From Antedon mediterranea (Eukaryota; Animalia; Echinodermata): a stretch of 64,000 bases of DNA. Made by a program: the position numbers and the translations under genes. Under the pieces are notes generated by a model, which was given only the letters and a program-made list of their open reading frames with translations, was not told the DNA's origin and ran no database searches. Below, one piece after another: positions 1-9,700 of the stretch. Location: positions 17,125,237-17,189,236 of the forward strand of contig NC_092672.1 of NCBI RefSeq assembly GCF_964355755.1, in the 5' to 3' direction. Each line of letters starts with the position of its first letter. Within the stretch, counting starts at the first letter, position 1.

Positions 1-1
1 C

Positions 2-1240
2 GGCAAAACGGAACATCCAAGAAAACAACACGCTCTCGTTAAACTCATACGAGGCAGATTACTGAACGATTCGGAAATGCTGTACAGAATTGCGTTTGTA
101 CGTCTCTCCTCCATCAATCAACTGGTTCAAGATTTGAGACATTATGTAAAACAAGTGTTTCATCATCATCGATTGAACGAGCAATCGGCGTTGGGTGTTC
201 GTCACAGTCATCGACAAATTGCCACTTTCGGAACAACAACGCCACCTCCACCACCATCAATACCACAACAGCAGCTGGAAGAATACGTACACGTTACCGC
301 TTCGTTCATGACGGCACCGTTCTATCGAACTACCGTAGTTCGGAATCTGGCGTACACAGTATCTCCAGCAGACGAGGAGAACGCGACGATGCGTCTTCAT
401 CGATACAATGCCATCGTTGGAACGTTCGTAAGATTGCAAAACTCTACAACGAAGCGTACAGACGAATCGGTATGCCTGACGAGAATGAACGAAGATTTGT
501 TGATACTAAGCGGTGGTGGAGCTAAAGAATTTGAAACGTTCGATTTGGATAGTGGTGCGTGGAGCGTGGAACAGTCATTGGATACGGGCGTCGGCGGTGA
601 ATTGTACACGTCGCACGCAACGTGTCAACACGGCCGCGACCTATGCGCATGGTACGTGGATCAAGCGGGTGATCATCTTCTGGTGATGTTGCGACGTACC
701 CGAACAACGTGGAACGTCCTACTCAGACATCCAATTTCCATGGACGAAAACGAAAAGCAAAAGAATGTGAAACGTACCAGTGTGCATTCGTTCTTTGACG
801 CAAACACGATTGTAGCGTTCCACGGCAACACCGTCATCACTGTACACGTACCGTCGGGAAGGTTCGTGAAAACAACGGCACCATTGCATCCTACGCCCGG
901 TGAATGGATAGGCGAGGTGAAACACGAAAACACTGTTCAACGCATCGGCTGTAACGGCATTGTAGACACTTTTGTTTTCCAACAGTCTGTTGCTGCTGCT
1001 GCTGCTTCTTCTGCTGCTGTCGACGAATTTCGAATACAGATTGTCAACAGAAAAATAAAACTCGAGCACGGTACTATTGTTGCGTGCGCACCGCTTCTCT
1101 TTCCCGATGGTACAGTGCGACCGACAGTGCTGCATGCATCCGTTTTGAATTCCACAAAGAAACAACACAGATTCTCTCTCTTTCGACGATCAAGAAGAAG
1201 AAGTAGTAGTAGTAGTAGTAGTAGTAAGCTGAAAAGTTGA
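2..1240 (+). CDS. Kelch/beta-propeller-like protein, 5' partial
   Basis: Frame is open from position 2, upstream of the ATG at 77. Kelch-like segment LLILSGGG..FETFDLDSGAWS; beta-rich C-terminal half. Confidence 0.5.
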   Translation, partial: GKTEHPRKQHALVKLIRGRLLNDSEMLYRIAFVRLSSINQLVQDLRHYVKQVFHHHRLNEQSALGVRHSHRQIATFGTTTPPPPPSIPQQQLEEYVHVTASFMTAPFYRTTVVRNLAYTVSPADEENATMRLHRYNAIVGTFVRLQNSTTKRTDESVCLTRMNEDLLILSGGGAKEFETFDLDSGAWSVEQSLDTGVGGELYTSHATCQHGRDLCAWYVDQAGDHLLVMLRRTRTTWNVLLRHPISMDENEKQKNVKRTSVHSFFDANTIVAFHGNTVITVHVPSGRFVKTTAPLHPTPGEWIGEVKHENTVQRIGCNGIVDTFVFQQSVAAAAASSAAVDEFRIQIVNRKIKLEHGTIVACAPLLFPDGTVRPTVLHASVLNSTKKQHRFSLFRRSRRRSSSSSSSSKLKS

Positions 1241-2710
1241 CGTGAAATCATGTTCAGAAACGTCGAGCATTTCGGCGAGCATACGCCGTCCACAGCCTGA
1301 TCGAAAGTAGGGCAGAAGGGGCATCATCATTTCAATGTCCTCAAACGCTCTCTTTGTCCACGGTTTCAGCGGTACGCCGTATTCTTTCATCCAATCGTCG
1401 AGCAGTGAACTGACGATGAAATCTTGCCACGATGCCGAACAATCGCTGACAATCTGCTGTAACATTTTCGCTGGAAGCGCAGACGTTGTTCCGTGGCGTG
1501 CAACGTTGCCGGCGCCTCCCCCTGACACCGGTATTGATCCCAATAGAACGTTTCTGACGAGAACATCGAGAGAGGCGGATGCCTGTTCGAGTCCCGATTG
1601 AGTTTTTACATCCAATCTGGACGCCAACATACTTCTCTCGTCACCAACATCCTCGGTCGTCATAACCGGTAACAAGTGTCGTTCACGTCTTTTATCGAAA
1701 AGAAAACTCTTTCTCAACTTTTCCTTCTCCTTTCTGCATCTGACTAGATCGCCGATAAGTTTCTCTTTTTCGTCTACTGTGCTCGTTTTGTTAACGTCGT
1801 CCAGTAGAGAAGTTGCCATTGGAACGCCCATGGTTCTGGCTTTGATCAGATTCGCTACGGCTGCTCCGGTAACCAAGTCTTCTGTGTTGTTGTTGTTGTT
1901 GTTGTCATCTTCGCCATCATTCATGCCGTTAGATTTTGATTGAATTTTAGGACCGGTCACAATAATGTTCGTGGCCGAATTGCGCACGGCCGCCAAATGA
2001 TATTCGGTCAAGAGACGTACGTTTTCACAGCTGGCGAGCAGATTTTATAGAGCGCTGTGCATTCTACCGTCAACGCCTGGCCGATGAACGACAACGACAC
2101 GCAAACGAGATTGGCTTTTAATCGATCTAGCATACAGATCACCTTCGTCGTCTCTGAATACTAAACATTCGTCCATGTCGACGGCAACCGGACGACCATC
2201 GACACACGTCGTCACCACAAATCCATAGATCCATATACATCGAATGGTGTCGCGTATGAAACGTTCGATGGATTCCTTGTACGTTTGACAAAAGACGGCA
2301 ACTGTACATGAAGTCGGCGATGGTATTTCGACGGTTGTGCACTGCGTTCTAACGATCGCTTCGGCACTAGCACGCATTCCATGTTCAAACATTGATTTTA
2401 CCGAGATGGATGCACACAGTCTATTGAGTATACACATGCACATTGGCAACTGATCGAACGTTCGACGCAATAGTTTGGCGTGCTCTTCGTCGAGTAGATA
2501 AAACGTTTTGTTCTTAAACTCTTCATTGACGGCCGTCATGCATGTTTTGCGTTTTTCAAACACATGTTGTGCATAGTCTTTTGCGTCGAGGAACATGTTA
2601 GCGTCTCGAGTCTCTGAATCAATGGATGCTCTAATGCTGTCAACTGTCTTTTTGGTCACGTTACTATCGACCGTAGTCAGGGGCATTACTTTCCCGCCCA
2701 GAAGATTCAT
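1190..2710 (-). pseudogene. Single ORF of about 506 codons broken by one in-frame TAA (2045-2047); candidate portal protein
   Basis: ORFs 2045-2737 and 1190-2011 share a frame and read ...MHSAL*NLLASCENVRLLTEYHLAAVRNS. The pattern FIRDTIRCIWIYGFVV..DGRPVAV...RDDEGDLY...HSAL resembles the HK97-type portal wing/stem by eye. Disruption is directly seen; the portal call is inference. Confidence 0.5.
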
Positions 2711-2841
2711 TTTGGCCAGAGGTGATGTGATTTCCACCGATTCGATTCACTTTCAAACAATTGACTACTTTGAGTATTCGTTGCCGATAACCACACATTT
2801 CAGAAGCAGCAGCAGCAGCAGCAGCAGCAGCGGTCACAAAA

Positions 2842-3504
2842 ATGTTGATTGATGCTTGGAAAAGATTTACGGATAGTCTGCCTAGTGGACTTGTCGAAAA
2901 GTCAAAGCCTATCTTGATAACGGACGACTTGTGGGGTGCAACGCTGACGGGTGACGGTCGAACAGAGATCGATCTCACGCAATTGTATGCCGTCACCAAA
3001 TCGGCTGGAATTTCAATTAACGTATCCATGCCAAAAAGTACAAACAAGAAAATCAAATATATTTTATATATCGAACCTTCAAAAGAAGAAGAAGAAGAAG
3101 AAGACGATGACGACGATGAGGAGGAGGAGGAGGAGGAGGAAGAGGAGGCGGTGATGGGTGTGAACGGTACTAAAGAATTAGAGATGGCCGAGTGTACGTA
3201 CGAAACGCCAGAAACTATACATTATAAATTCTATGTTCACACTTCTTTCTGGTTACCAGCCATAATCTCAAAGTTACGTAAAAAGTTTGGCGTCAACTTT
3301 CAAAAGTTGATTATTGCACCAAGATTAACGGAGAAAGGTATTGAGCTGTTTGTTGCAGTAAATGTGCGCGAACGACGAACGTCCTCCACCTCCTCCTCCT
3401 CGTCGTCCTTCTCCTCAGCACGACGAGTACGATCGAAATTGATGATTAAGATGATGATAATTGTGTTTGTGGCTGGAATCGGCTTCTTGAAATATCGAAC
3501 ATAG
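2842..3504 (+). CDS. Tail-anchored membrane protein with an acidic tract, function unknown
   Basis: 220 aa; C-terminal hydrophobic helix MMIIVFVAGIGFL followed by KYRT; poly-E/D and poly-S tracts. Confidence 0.6.
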   Translation: MLIDAWKRFTDSLPSGLVEKSKPILITDDLWGATLTGDGRTEIDLTQLYAVTKSAGISINVSMPKSTNKKIKYILYIEPSKEEEEEEDDDDDEEEEEEEEEEAVMGVNGTKELEMAECTYETPETIHYKFYVHTSFWLPAIISKLRKKFGVNFQKLIIAPRLTEKGIELFVAVNVRERRTSSTSSSSSSFSSARRVRSKLMIKMMIIVFVAGIGFLKYRT

Positions 3505-3590
3505 ACATGTATCGATTTTAAAAGCAAATAGACTCGAGAAGTAGACAAAAGAAAGGAAGTTGAAACTGTTTTTTTTATTTTTTTTTTTTT

Positions 3591-4124
3591 TTATTGATAA
3601 ACTTTATTAGAAAGAAAGCAAGTCCACGCCAACCACAGAATAAACGTCATGGCAAGATCATCACGAACACCAGCCGTCTTTCCACTTATCGTGATTTTAC
3701 CGTCGGATTTTACGAGTCTTCTGAAGTTACACAGTTGATCCTGTAAAATGCTCATCTGTCCGTCATCGATGTCTTGTGCAAACACGACTCGATCGTTCTC
3801 CAGCAACATTTGTGACAAATGTACCAGATTTCCTTTGTCTCTTGTCCAAATTCCGACACACCTACGCCCGTCCGTTCGACGTCTCTCCTTTTCGAAAGAT
3901 ATGTCTACTGACGTACCGGCAAAACGATCCGTTACTTGCTTGGCCATGCGAGCGGCGTGTGCGTGCGATGTATTACGTTCTACGTACACACGAACTGGCA
4001 TGAATGTCAACTGATTGTACGTAGCCAAGGTCCTGTTCACCGTGTCTATTATTAGTTGGGCGTGCATGTCCAGTAAAGAATCCATACGATCCATATGTGC
4101 AACGTGGTGTTTCAAAGCAAGTAT
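3591..4124 (-). CDS. TRM3: DNA-packaging terminase ATPase/nuclease subunit, exon 3 (RNase H-like nuclease)
   Basis: Acceptor ttactacgcag|ATA; reads ILALKHH...VRVYVERNTS...ISGKTAGVRDDLAM, matching the herpes UL15C motifs (EH, VEGN, SGK..DDL). Confidence 0.88.
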   Translation of the reverse strand: MLALKHHVAHMDRMDSLLDMHAQLIIDTVNRTLATYNQLTFMPVRVYVERNTSHAHAARMAKQVTDRFAGTSVDISFEKERRRTDGRRCVGIWTRDKGNLVHLSQMLLENDRVVFAQDIDDGQMSILQDQLCNFRRLVKSDGKITISGKTAGVRDDLAMTFILWLAWTCFLSNKVYQ

Positions 4125-4233
4125 CTGCGTAGTAAAATAAAGGTTATTACGATTAATAAATGCTTTTCTTTTCTTTTGTTCGTCTCAACGTATAGTAGGG
4201 AGAGAGAGAGAGAGTGAGAGAGAGAAACTGTAT

Positions 4234-4279
<46 letters not shown>

Positions 4280-4315
4280 AAAAGAAAAGGAAAAAGAGAA
4301 TCAATTGGTAGCGTA

Positions 4316-5209
4316 ATGTTGACGAATGCATTTCATCCCGTGTATTGCAATCTGGAATTTCTACAAGAACGACAAAGAATGTTTTTCGAATGGAAGAGCG
4401 CTATAGACAAGGCGGCTATAACGGACGAGATTAACGCATCCGCATTACCTATTGTCGAAAAGATTGTGAGAACGTGTGGTAGAGAGACAGTGTTGTTGGT
4501 GGAAATGAATGATGCAACCGTACAAGATATGGTCGAACAACGACAAAAACAATCGATTCTGGCTTACACAAGAACGGCAATGATGGCCGCCACGCAATTT
4601 GAATTGGGTCGACAACGAGAGATATCGCAATTGAACACGTTTCTCTTACAGGCAATAGAAATGTTCAATTTGACATTTTTACCAGATGTAGAACGTGAGT
4701 ACAGAGCATCAACGCCAACCGATAAACATTGGATAATAGATAGCATTCGCAATATCATCGTACAGCTGTTGACCAACACGTACGATCAACCAATGTGGCA
4801 TTCCGTCGGATGCGGATCACCGTTGGCCGTGGCCGTTGCAACGATTCGAAATCGAGTACAGAATACCAGTTGTTGTGGTGGTCTGTCTACGATTCGGGCC
4901 GGGCTCCCAGGGCACGCTACGTACGCGCTTCGAAGAATTATGGAGAGCAGAGGCGCCGCGTGCAAAATACCATCCGTTCGACTTACCTGCCTAACGTCCG
5001 ACGTCGTTAACACACCGGCAACCAATCCAATGCCGGACACGTCCGACGGAGTTGGATCGACGCCAATCAACAGACCCGATGAGAAGCCAGATCTTGTGGT
5101 GGATCTTCTTTCGTCTGAAAACAGTTTGGTTAGCAATTTACCGGAAAAAAGTCGCTCGGCGAGTGAAGACGGTGAACAGACGGGAATGCCCATACACTCT
5201 AGTTCATAG
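4316..5209 (+). CDS. Viral protein in terminase intron 2, overlapping exon 2 in antisense; positional analogue of alloherpesvirus ORF70
   Basis: 297 aa from ATG 4316 (the upstream extension in the ORF track is a microsatellite). Position between terminase exons 2 and 3 on the opposite strand. Confidence 0.6.
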   Translation: MLTNAFHPVYCNLEFLQERQRMFFEWKSAIDKAAITDEINASALPIVEKIVRTCGRETVLLVEMNDATVQDMVEQRQKQSILAYTRTAMMAATQFELGRQREISQLNTFLLQAIEMFNLTFLPDVEREYRASTPTDKHWIIDSIRNIIVQLLTNTYDQPMWHSVGCGSPLAVAVATIRNRVQNTSCCGGLSTIRAGLPGHATYALRRIMESRGAACKIPSVRLTCLTSDVVNTPATNPMPDTSDGVGSTPINRPDEKPDLVVDLLSSENSLVSNLPEKSRSASEDGEQTGMPIHSSS

Positions 5210-5553
5210 CTTCCGGTGGCTATGAGGTTCATCATCTGCTGAACGACATTACCGTCGTTTCCATCAATGTGTTCCGGTACCAAATGTCGCCTGTGAGCGC
5301 ACACTGTTCGCGTTCCTTTCTCGAAGCACGCATCGCACAGGTACGACTGAGTAATGTATTTAACCAGTGCACGTCCATCGTGTTTAATATTCACAAACTC
5401 TTGCGACCAGTGATCACTCGAAGTCATCGACGATGTTAAAAGAACCGACACGTTCTTAGGTTGAAAGATTGGCAGAGTTGATAGCATAGCCGTTTGCTTT
5501 ATCCACGGATACTCGTCCATCCATCCCATATCACAACCGGTTCCTCTTGAAGC
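4987..5553 (-). CDS. TRM3: Terminase exon 2 (Walker B, coupling motif, zinc site, first nuclease Asp)
   Basis: Acceptor tttgttttcag|GCT gives ASRGTGCDMGWMDE (Walker B); LLTSS; CDAC..CAH; LLIGVDP; donor CAG|gtaagt at 4986. Confidence 0.9.
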
Positions 5554-5571
5554 CTGAAAACAAAAATAAAG

Positions 5572-6468
5572 ATGACAACAGCTGCTCTGAACGCGTATCT
5601 ACAAGCAAATCGTTTCGACATATATCACGTGGACGAACTTCACGAATGTGTACCGAATAGATGTACGTTCGTGCAACCCATGCAAGACGGTGAGAATTTC
5701 GTGTGCATGTCGTCGCTACGCACGCACACCTGTTCATTGTCGGCAGACTGCGTCATGGAAAATTTAGATCACAACACTCGAAGATGCGCATTGACTGGTA
5801 AAGAATTCTATACAGACGAATATGAACCGATTGTCGTTGGACTCGATACGCCGCTATACGACAACATGCAAGAGGTTAGAAAGATGACAACGACGCGAAA
5901 TAAACACGAAAAAATGTTTCGTTTCGGCACAACCGTACGTCAGGTTCTGGAACGATTGTACGATCGAAAGAAACGATGCAAGTACAACAACGTAAATTTC
6001 TTTGAACACAAGGCCTGTGAAATGATTTTGGAGAACATGGGCAAACAGAACATCGTGTCCGTAATCAGATACACCTTTCTAAAATACGTATCAGCAAACA
6101 GATTACCGGATACAGCGCTTCCAGAGGAAAACATGCTGGACGACGTGGTAGACTTTATTTTCGACGTTATGTCTGTGTTTATGTACTACTCGACGTTACA
6201 ATATTCCAAGAAAGACTTTCTACTCAGCAACGGTCACGAAACGGTCGTGTACTTACTAAAGAGCACGTTGAATGGTATTCGTTCGGCGGAAAGCGTCATT
6301 CTAAAACCACGCTTTCCTCAACTGAAACCCATGCCAGGTGATCGGTTGATGTTTCCGATATTTCAGGTGTCGACCTCTCAACTGACAGCGTGCTCGAGGT
6401 TGTTACAGAGCATGGCGAATGAAAAGATTTGTCGTTATCATTTGGCAAAATTAAATCGAGAATCTTAG
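5572..6468 (+). CDS. UL92/ORF31/VLTF3-like late transcription factor candidate
   Basis: N-terminal HEC..C..FVC....THTC....DC........CALTG resembles the UL92-family C..C..HVC....C....VCALTG motif; helical C-terminus. Confidence 0.6.
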   Translation: MTTAALNAYLQANRFDIYHVDELHECVPNRCTFVQPMQDGENFVCMSSLRTHTCSLSADCVMENLDHNTRRCALTGKEFYTDEYEPIVVGLDTPLYDNMQEVRKMTTTRNKHEKMFRFGTTVRQVLERLYDRKKRCKYNNVNFFEHKACEMILENMGKQNIVSVIRYTFLKYVSANRLPDTALPEENMLDDVVDFIFDVMSVFMYYSTLQYSKKDFLLSNGHETVVYLLKSTLNGIRSAESVILKPRFPQLKPMPGDRLMFPIFQVSTSQLTACSRLLQSMANEKICRYHLAKLNRES

Positions 6469-6736
6469 TACGTTTTCGTTTGTGTTTTTTCTTCTTGATT
6501 ACGTTTTCTTTCTTCAACAACGATTTTGATGATGATGATGATTGTGTCGTTGTTGTTGTTGTTGTTGTTGGTGGTGGTGTTGATGATGATGAATTTACAG
6601 TTGATGTGGTCATGTACCAGAAATTACGTTGAATTAGTTCATCGGCCGATCGACGCCATGACATTTTCTCGTTCTTCTTCTTCTTCTTCTTCTTCACACG
6701 ACGTACGTATATGCGCAACATGTCATTAATGACATA

Positions 6737-9700
6737 ATGGTAAATTCGAAGACAATCATCATCATCATCATGTATACATCATCACAGACCGAAACGTTGA
6801 TGGACACGACGGCTGTTAGACAGAGGCCGACAAAGAGAAAAGGACGGGACGATAATAAAGAGGTTGGCAAACAGTCGAAAAAAATGACGCCGTATCTTGG
6901 ACGAGTTCTCGACGAACTCGCAGACCCGACGCTCACAACAACGACGCTCATGAGAATGGTATCGACTGCTTACAGATCCGGCTACCCTCCAGATGGATCC
7001 ATGCTGGGTCTAAAAGCGCAGCTACTTCGAATGGACGGCTTTTCAAAACAGTTTTCAAACGCGTTCGTTTCTGGTCGCATAGTTGTTGTCGACGCAAAGA
7101 ATCTTAAAAGCTTGTACGAAAGTCTGTGTGAAATAATCAAAATGATTGAAATCATCACAGAAATCAACAAACATGCTGACATGAAAGAGAGAACGCGTAA
7201 ATTGTGCGACAGTTTGTTTCTCGGCGGTAGCTTTCTAAATTCGAAACAAGTTCGGGTCTCAATCGTCATCAAAGACGGTAATCTAATACAACAAAAGATA
7301 CACTTTGCAAAACATCTCAAGACAATGACTGCCGTTCCAGGTATACATTCACAGTCGCCTGTAATAGGCGGTGGCGGCGCAGGAAAAGAGAAATCGTTTC
7401 TACAGCTGGGAAAGTTTCAGGCCGGCAATAGACTGACAATGAAAGATTTTTTTCTGAAACACTACACATCTACGCAAGGTAACAATTCCAGCGATCGTGA
7501 TGCTCTCTTCAACGAAACCGGATTAAGTAAAGATGATTTCGAGAGATTGTTGAAAGCGTGTACGCACATTCAAAACGTGGAAATCGGAACCACGTTTCGA
7601 TTGATGAAATACGTGTGCGCGCTGTTCGACAAAAGACCGAATCTGTACATGATTTTCGCTTGCCTCGTACTACATCGCATAGTTCATCACATCGGCGATG
7701 CTACACTGCTCGCCAGAGCCGACATGTGGAATCTCGTGTTGGGACAGAGTGAAGAGATCACAAACAGTTGGAACTTTGAAAGAATCGACGCGGAAATCAC
7801 GGCAGCTGAGAGTAAATGGAACGCGGCACATGCTCCGTGGTTGACCGTTGACTCGGCGGAACGTCCCACCGTCGAATGGATCAGAAAGTTGGCAAAAAAG
7901 ATACAAGAGGACTTTGCGCCATACGAAAGAAATGCTTTGGACATTGACTTTGACCATTTGTTTGGTGCGCTCGTGTCGTACATTAAAAAACACGAATTTC
8001 TCAAGATTCGTCTAAGAGATCATGCACTCGTTACTGGAACGATCGACGAACTTAAACCGTTTCAATGTGAACGACCTCCGTTCGGAACGCCCACTGCACA
8101 AGATGACATGCCATGGAGAGACTGTTGCCATTACGAGGCGAACGTATGTGCTATTCTACTCAACGCTCTTTGCAATATACCGGTTAGATCTCCTGAATCA
8201 ACGCGCAAGATTTCACTCGACACGGCCACCGAAGGCATGGCAATGGTCGAACAAAGTCGGTTCGAAATAACGCAACTCAGTTACCAACATCTGCTAAGTT
8301 TGGAGGCTAAAGCGCGTGAACGTGCCGCCAACATCACTACTACCGATTCTGAATCTCGTATGCCGGTGATGAACACAGAATCTGCTGATAATATGTCGGT
8401 GGTGCAGCAGCAGGTGAACACCGAAACTGTTGACGACGACGACGAGGCGCGTACTACAAACGCATCAGATACGCTTTCTGTTCTCGAACCTCTGGTCATC
8501 ATGGAAGGTATGCCGGCAAATACCACCCAAGACACACTACTTTCTGTGCTTGAATCTGGTACGACGCCGGCGGTGATGAACACCGAAACTGCTGACGCGC
8601 TTACTACTCACACCGATGATGCAATTTCTGTGCTCGAATCTATTGACATAGCAAGCATGCCGGCAAACACCACCCAAGACACACTTTCTGTGCTCGAATC
8701 GGGTACGACGCCGGCGGTGATGAACACCGAAACGCGTACACACACCGATGATACAATTTCTGTGCTCGAATCTATTGCCATAGCAAGCATGCCGGTGAAC
8801 ACCGCAATTGTACACGAAGAAGAAGAAGAAGAAGAAGAAGAAGAAGAAAAAGAAGGTGACGGTGATGATGATTTACCTAGCATCGGTCAACTGCTCGCTC
8901 CTTACGTGAACACGGCCAACAGCATCTTACCTTCAACAAACGACGATTTGCCCATCTTGGACGAAGACACCGTTCAAAGATTGCGTGAAATCTCGGACGA
9001 TGTGAACGCTCACAATAGTACAATGCACGTAAAACTCTACGATATTGAAGATTGGATATCATCTCAGCCCGATTCTAATGCCGAATCCCAATCGCAGATT
9101 GAAGTCATGCAATGGACAAAGGCAAAAGCCGAAGAAGAACGACGGACGGCTTTGAACACGCTCGAGACTCAACGAGTAGAACACGAAGAGTTCAAGAAGA
9201 CCATGGCCACCAGGAATGCAGAGTCGACGAGAGAAAATGAAAAAAAGACGCGAGTGAGCGACGCAAAAATTAAAGAGTTGGAAACGAAACTGGACAAGAC
9301 CGAAGGCGAACTGCGAAACAGTAAACGTTTGGTGGACGAAATGAAGCAACAACTTCACGACACCGAAATGCAAAATGTCGACGAGTCAGACACTCTAAAA
9401 GCCTTGCTTAACAAAAAGACGGACGAAGCACGTGCACATGAATTGATTTTGAAGCGCAAGCAATCCGAATTGATATCGTCAAAAGAACACGTTGACGAGC
9501 AGACGAGTCGTCGCATCGAAGCGCTCACAAACGAAGTTGGTGAATTGCGCGTGCTGAACAGAAGATTGGACACGGCCAACACGCTTTCGGAGACAACGTA
9601 CAGGCAGCGAATTCAACAGTTGGAAACTGATTTGCAAACGTACGAAGAAAAGAGCAGATTGTATCAGTCGAGCGTACAAAAAAATGAACAGTTGATGAGC

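Noticed and set aside
4214-4315. N-terminal extension MRERNCINIYIYIY of the intron-2 ORF
   Set aside because: It is a GA/TA microsatellite with a GTG start; ATG 4316 is more plausible.
6296-6721. Small basic minus-strand ORF (ATG at 6664)
   Set aside because: Mostly microsatellite-derived and overlaps the UL92-like gene in antisense; it cannot be supported, though not excluded.
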